Source: Dudresnaya verticillata
Lineage: Eukaryota
Direction: 5' to 3'
Assembly (NCBI GenBank): GCA_977862235.1
Contig: OZ374560.1
Coordinates: 868,001-932,000, forward strand
Length of the DNA: 64,000 nt
Shown: piece after piece, positions 62,876 through 64,000 of the stretch
How positions within the stretch are numbered: the stretch's first letter is position 1
How the letters are laid out: each line of letters begins with the position of its first letter
Made by a program: the position numbers and the translations under genes
Notes under the pieces: model-generated
Told to the model about the DNA's origin: nothing
Database searches by the model: none
Seen by the model: only the letters and a program-made list of their open reading frames with translations

Positions 62876-63658
62876 AGGTCCCATGGTTCTACATTTTCAA
62901 GTATTTTTCCCCACCGGGGTTGTTTGCCCATTCTTCTCATGGAGCCGGCTGGACTGCCTCCAGATTACGGGTGTAAACCCGTCAGTAGATAGCTGGTTGG
63001 TAGGGCGTGTGCCTGCATATGGGCCTTAGTCGCCCGCGCAACTGCGCACGTTAAAGACGCAATAGAAGTACAACATCACGTTAGGTTGACAATTGTCACT
63101 CAGGATTAGGAAAGTGCTTCCTGGACGTACCTCCAGCGTAAAAATAGCTCGAGATAATCAGCTCCCGAAGCGAATCGGTAGAGTCATCGCACGTACGTCC
63201 GTGCACGAGAGGCCCTGGTTGATTTTGGTTTGCAGAAAATAAGGTTTCGGGACTGAATAACTGAGTGGCGTCGCCAGCTTGCTCTTCGATGACGACGAAA
63301 GCACTTCGCGGTATACCGCGGAATAACTTACTCGTTTGGACTTAATTCCAGATTCGCTTAAGCAGTTTGCAAACGCTTTTGCCGCACTTACCTCTTGTTG
63401 CCCCGGGGAAGGCAGGAATGCCTCGACCAATGTTGGTAGCACATGTGGTTGTACAGCTGCACTAGTGACTGGGCCGTAACTGCGTTTGCCGAAAAGACAA
63501 GGGTCGTTGCCGGCAGCAGCCAGCACTGACTGTGTGTACACACATCTAGCTGCGGCTGCAGGGTAGGCACGAAATGCGCGGAGCACCTAGCTAGCTCGGA
63601 CACGGGTGCCGGTGGGCAAGGTTTGCAGATGACGACACGACTGCGCTGGCCTTACGGA

Positions 63659-63765
63659 GGGAGGGTGCGGTTGGAAGAGGGAGGTTGCGGTGGGAAGAGG
63701 GAGGGTGCAGTCGGAAGAGGAAGGGTGCGGTCGGAAGAGGGAGGGTGGGTTTGGAAGAGGGAGGG
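63659..63765. repeat. 20-nt purine/G-rich minisatellite, 5 copies plus a partial
   Basis: gggagggtgcggttggaaga / gggaggttgcggtgggaaga / gggagggtgcagtcggaaga / ggaagggtgcggtcggaaga / gggagggtgggtttggaaga / gggaggg. Confidence 0.9.
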
Positions 63766-64000
63766 AGGGGCGTGCCAGTTGCAGCTGAATTTGATCATGG
63801 ATCAAGGGAAGAAATGGTGTCGGATTGAAAGGTTTCCCGGGCCACTGGTCAGTGGACTACGAGCGGGCCACCAACCGTCGCGACGTATCACGTCGGTCAC
63901 AGGTATCGATAAGCAGCAATCGTCGATACCCTCCGGTGTTGTGAATTCAATGAACCACGGCGCGAAAAAGCGGAAGCACACTATCTGGTAGAAATGATTC

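Overview
Eukaryotic nuclear DNA: compact GC-rich genes, few short GT-AG introns and M-x-x-A-F-type plastid transit peptides suggest a red alga (inference). Bases 1-50.6 kb are gene-dense. They hold a 5'-truncated kinase+Sel1-repeat gene, a small coiled-coil protein, a secreted protein with two 10-Cys modules, a GNAT-like protein, a 6-exon type II NAD(P)H dehydrogenase, two ABC-F ATPases (Uup-like and ABCF2/ARB1-like), a GT14 glycosyltransferase, an anoctamin, a PP2C and a chlorophyllase-like hydrolase. They also hold three Tudor + disordered + coiled-coil genes. Two of these lie head-to-head and share an unrecognised ~110-aa domain (NYxxWxPxLxDxEW), the best candidate here for an undescribed system. 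From ~51 kb the window is a transposon/pseudogene zone. It contains a full-length Tc3-like DD34E element (209-bp TIRs, TA TSD, one nonsense codon), a pogo-like HTH remnant, a frameshifted ~800-codon unknown ORF, a 911-bp MITE, a decayed Sen1/Upf1-like helicase, a tRNA-like Pol III head and a minisatellite. A perfect 41-bp intergenic hairpin with a template-switch signature lies at 2890-2983. All calls come from reading motifs by eye; no database searches were run.
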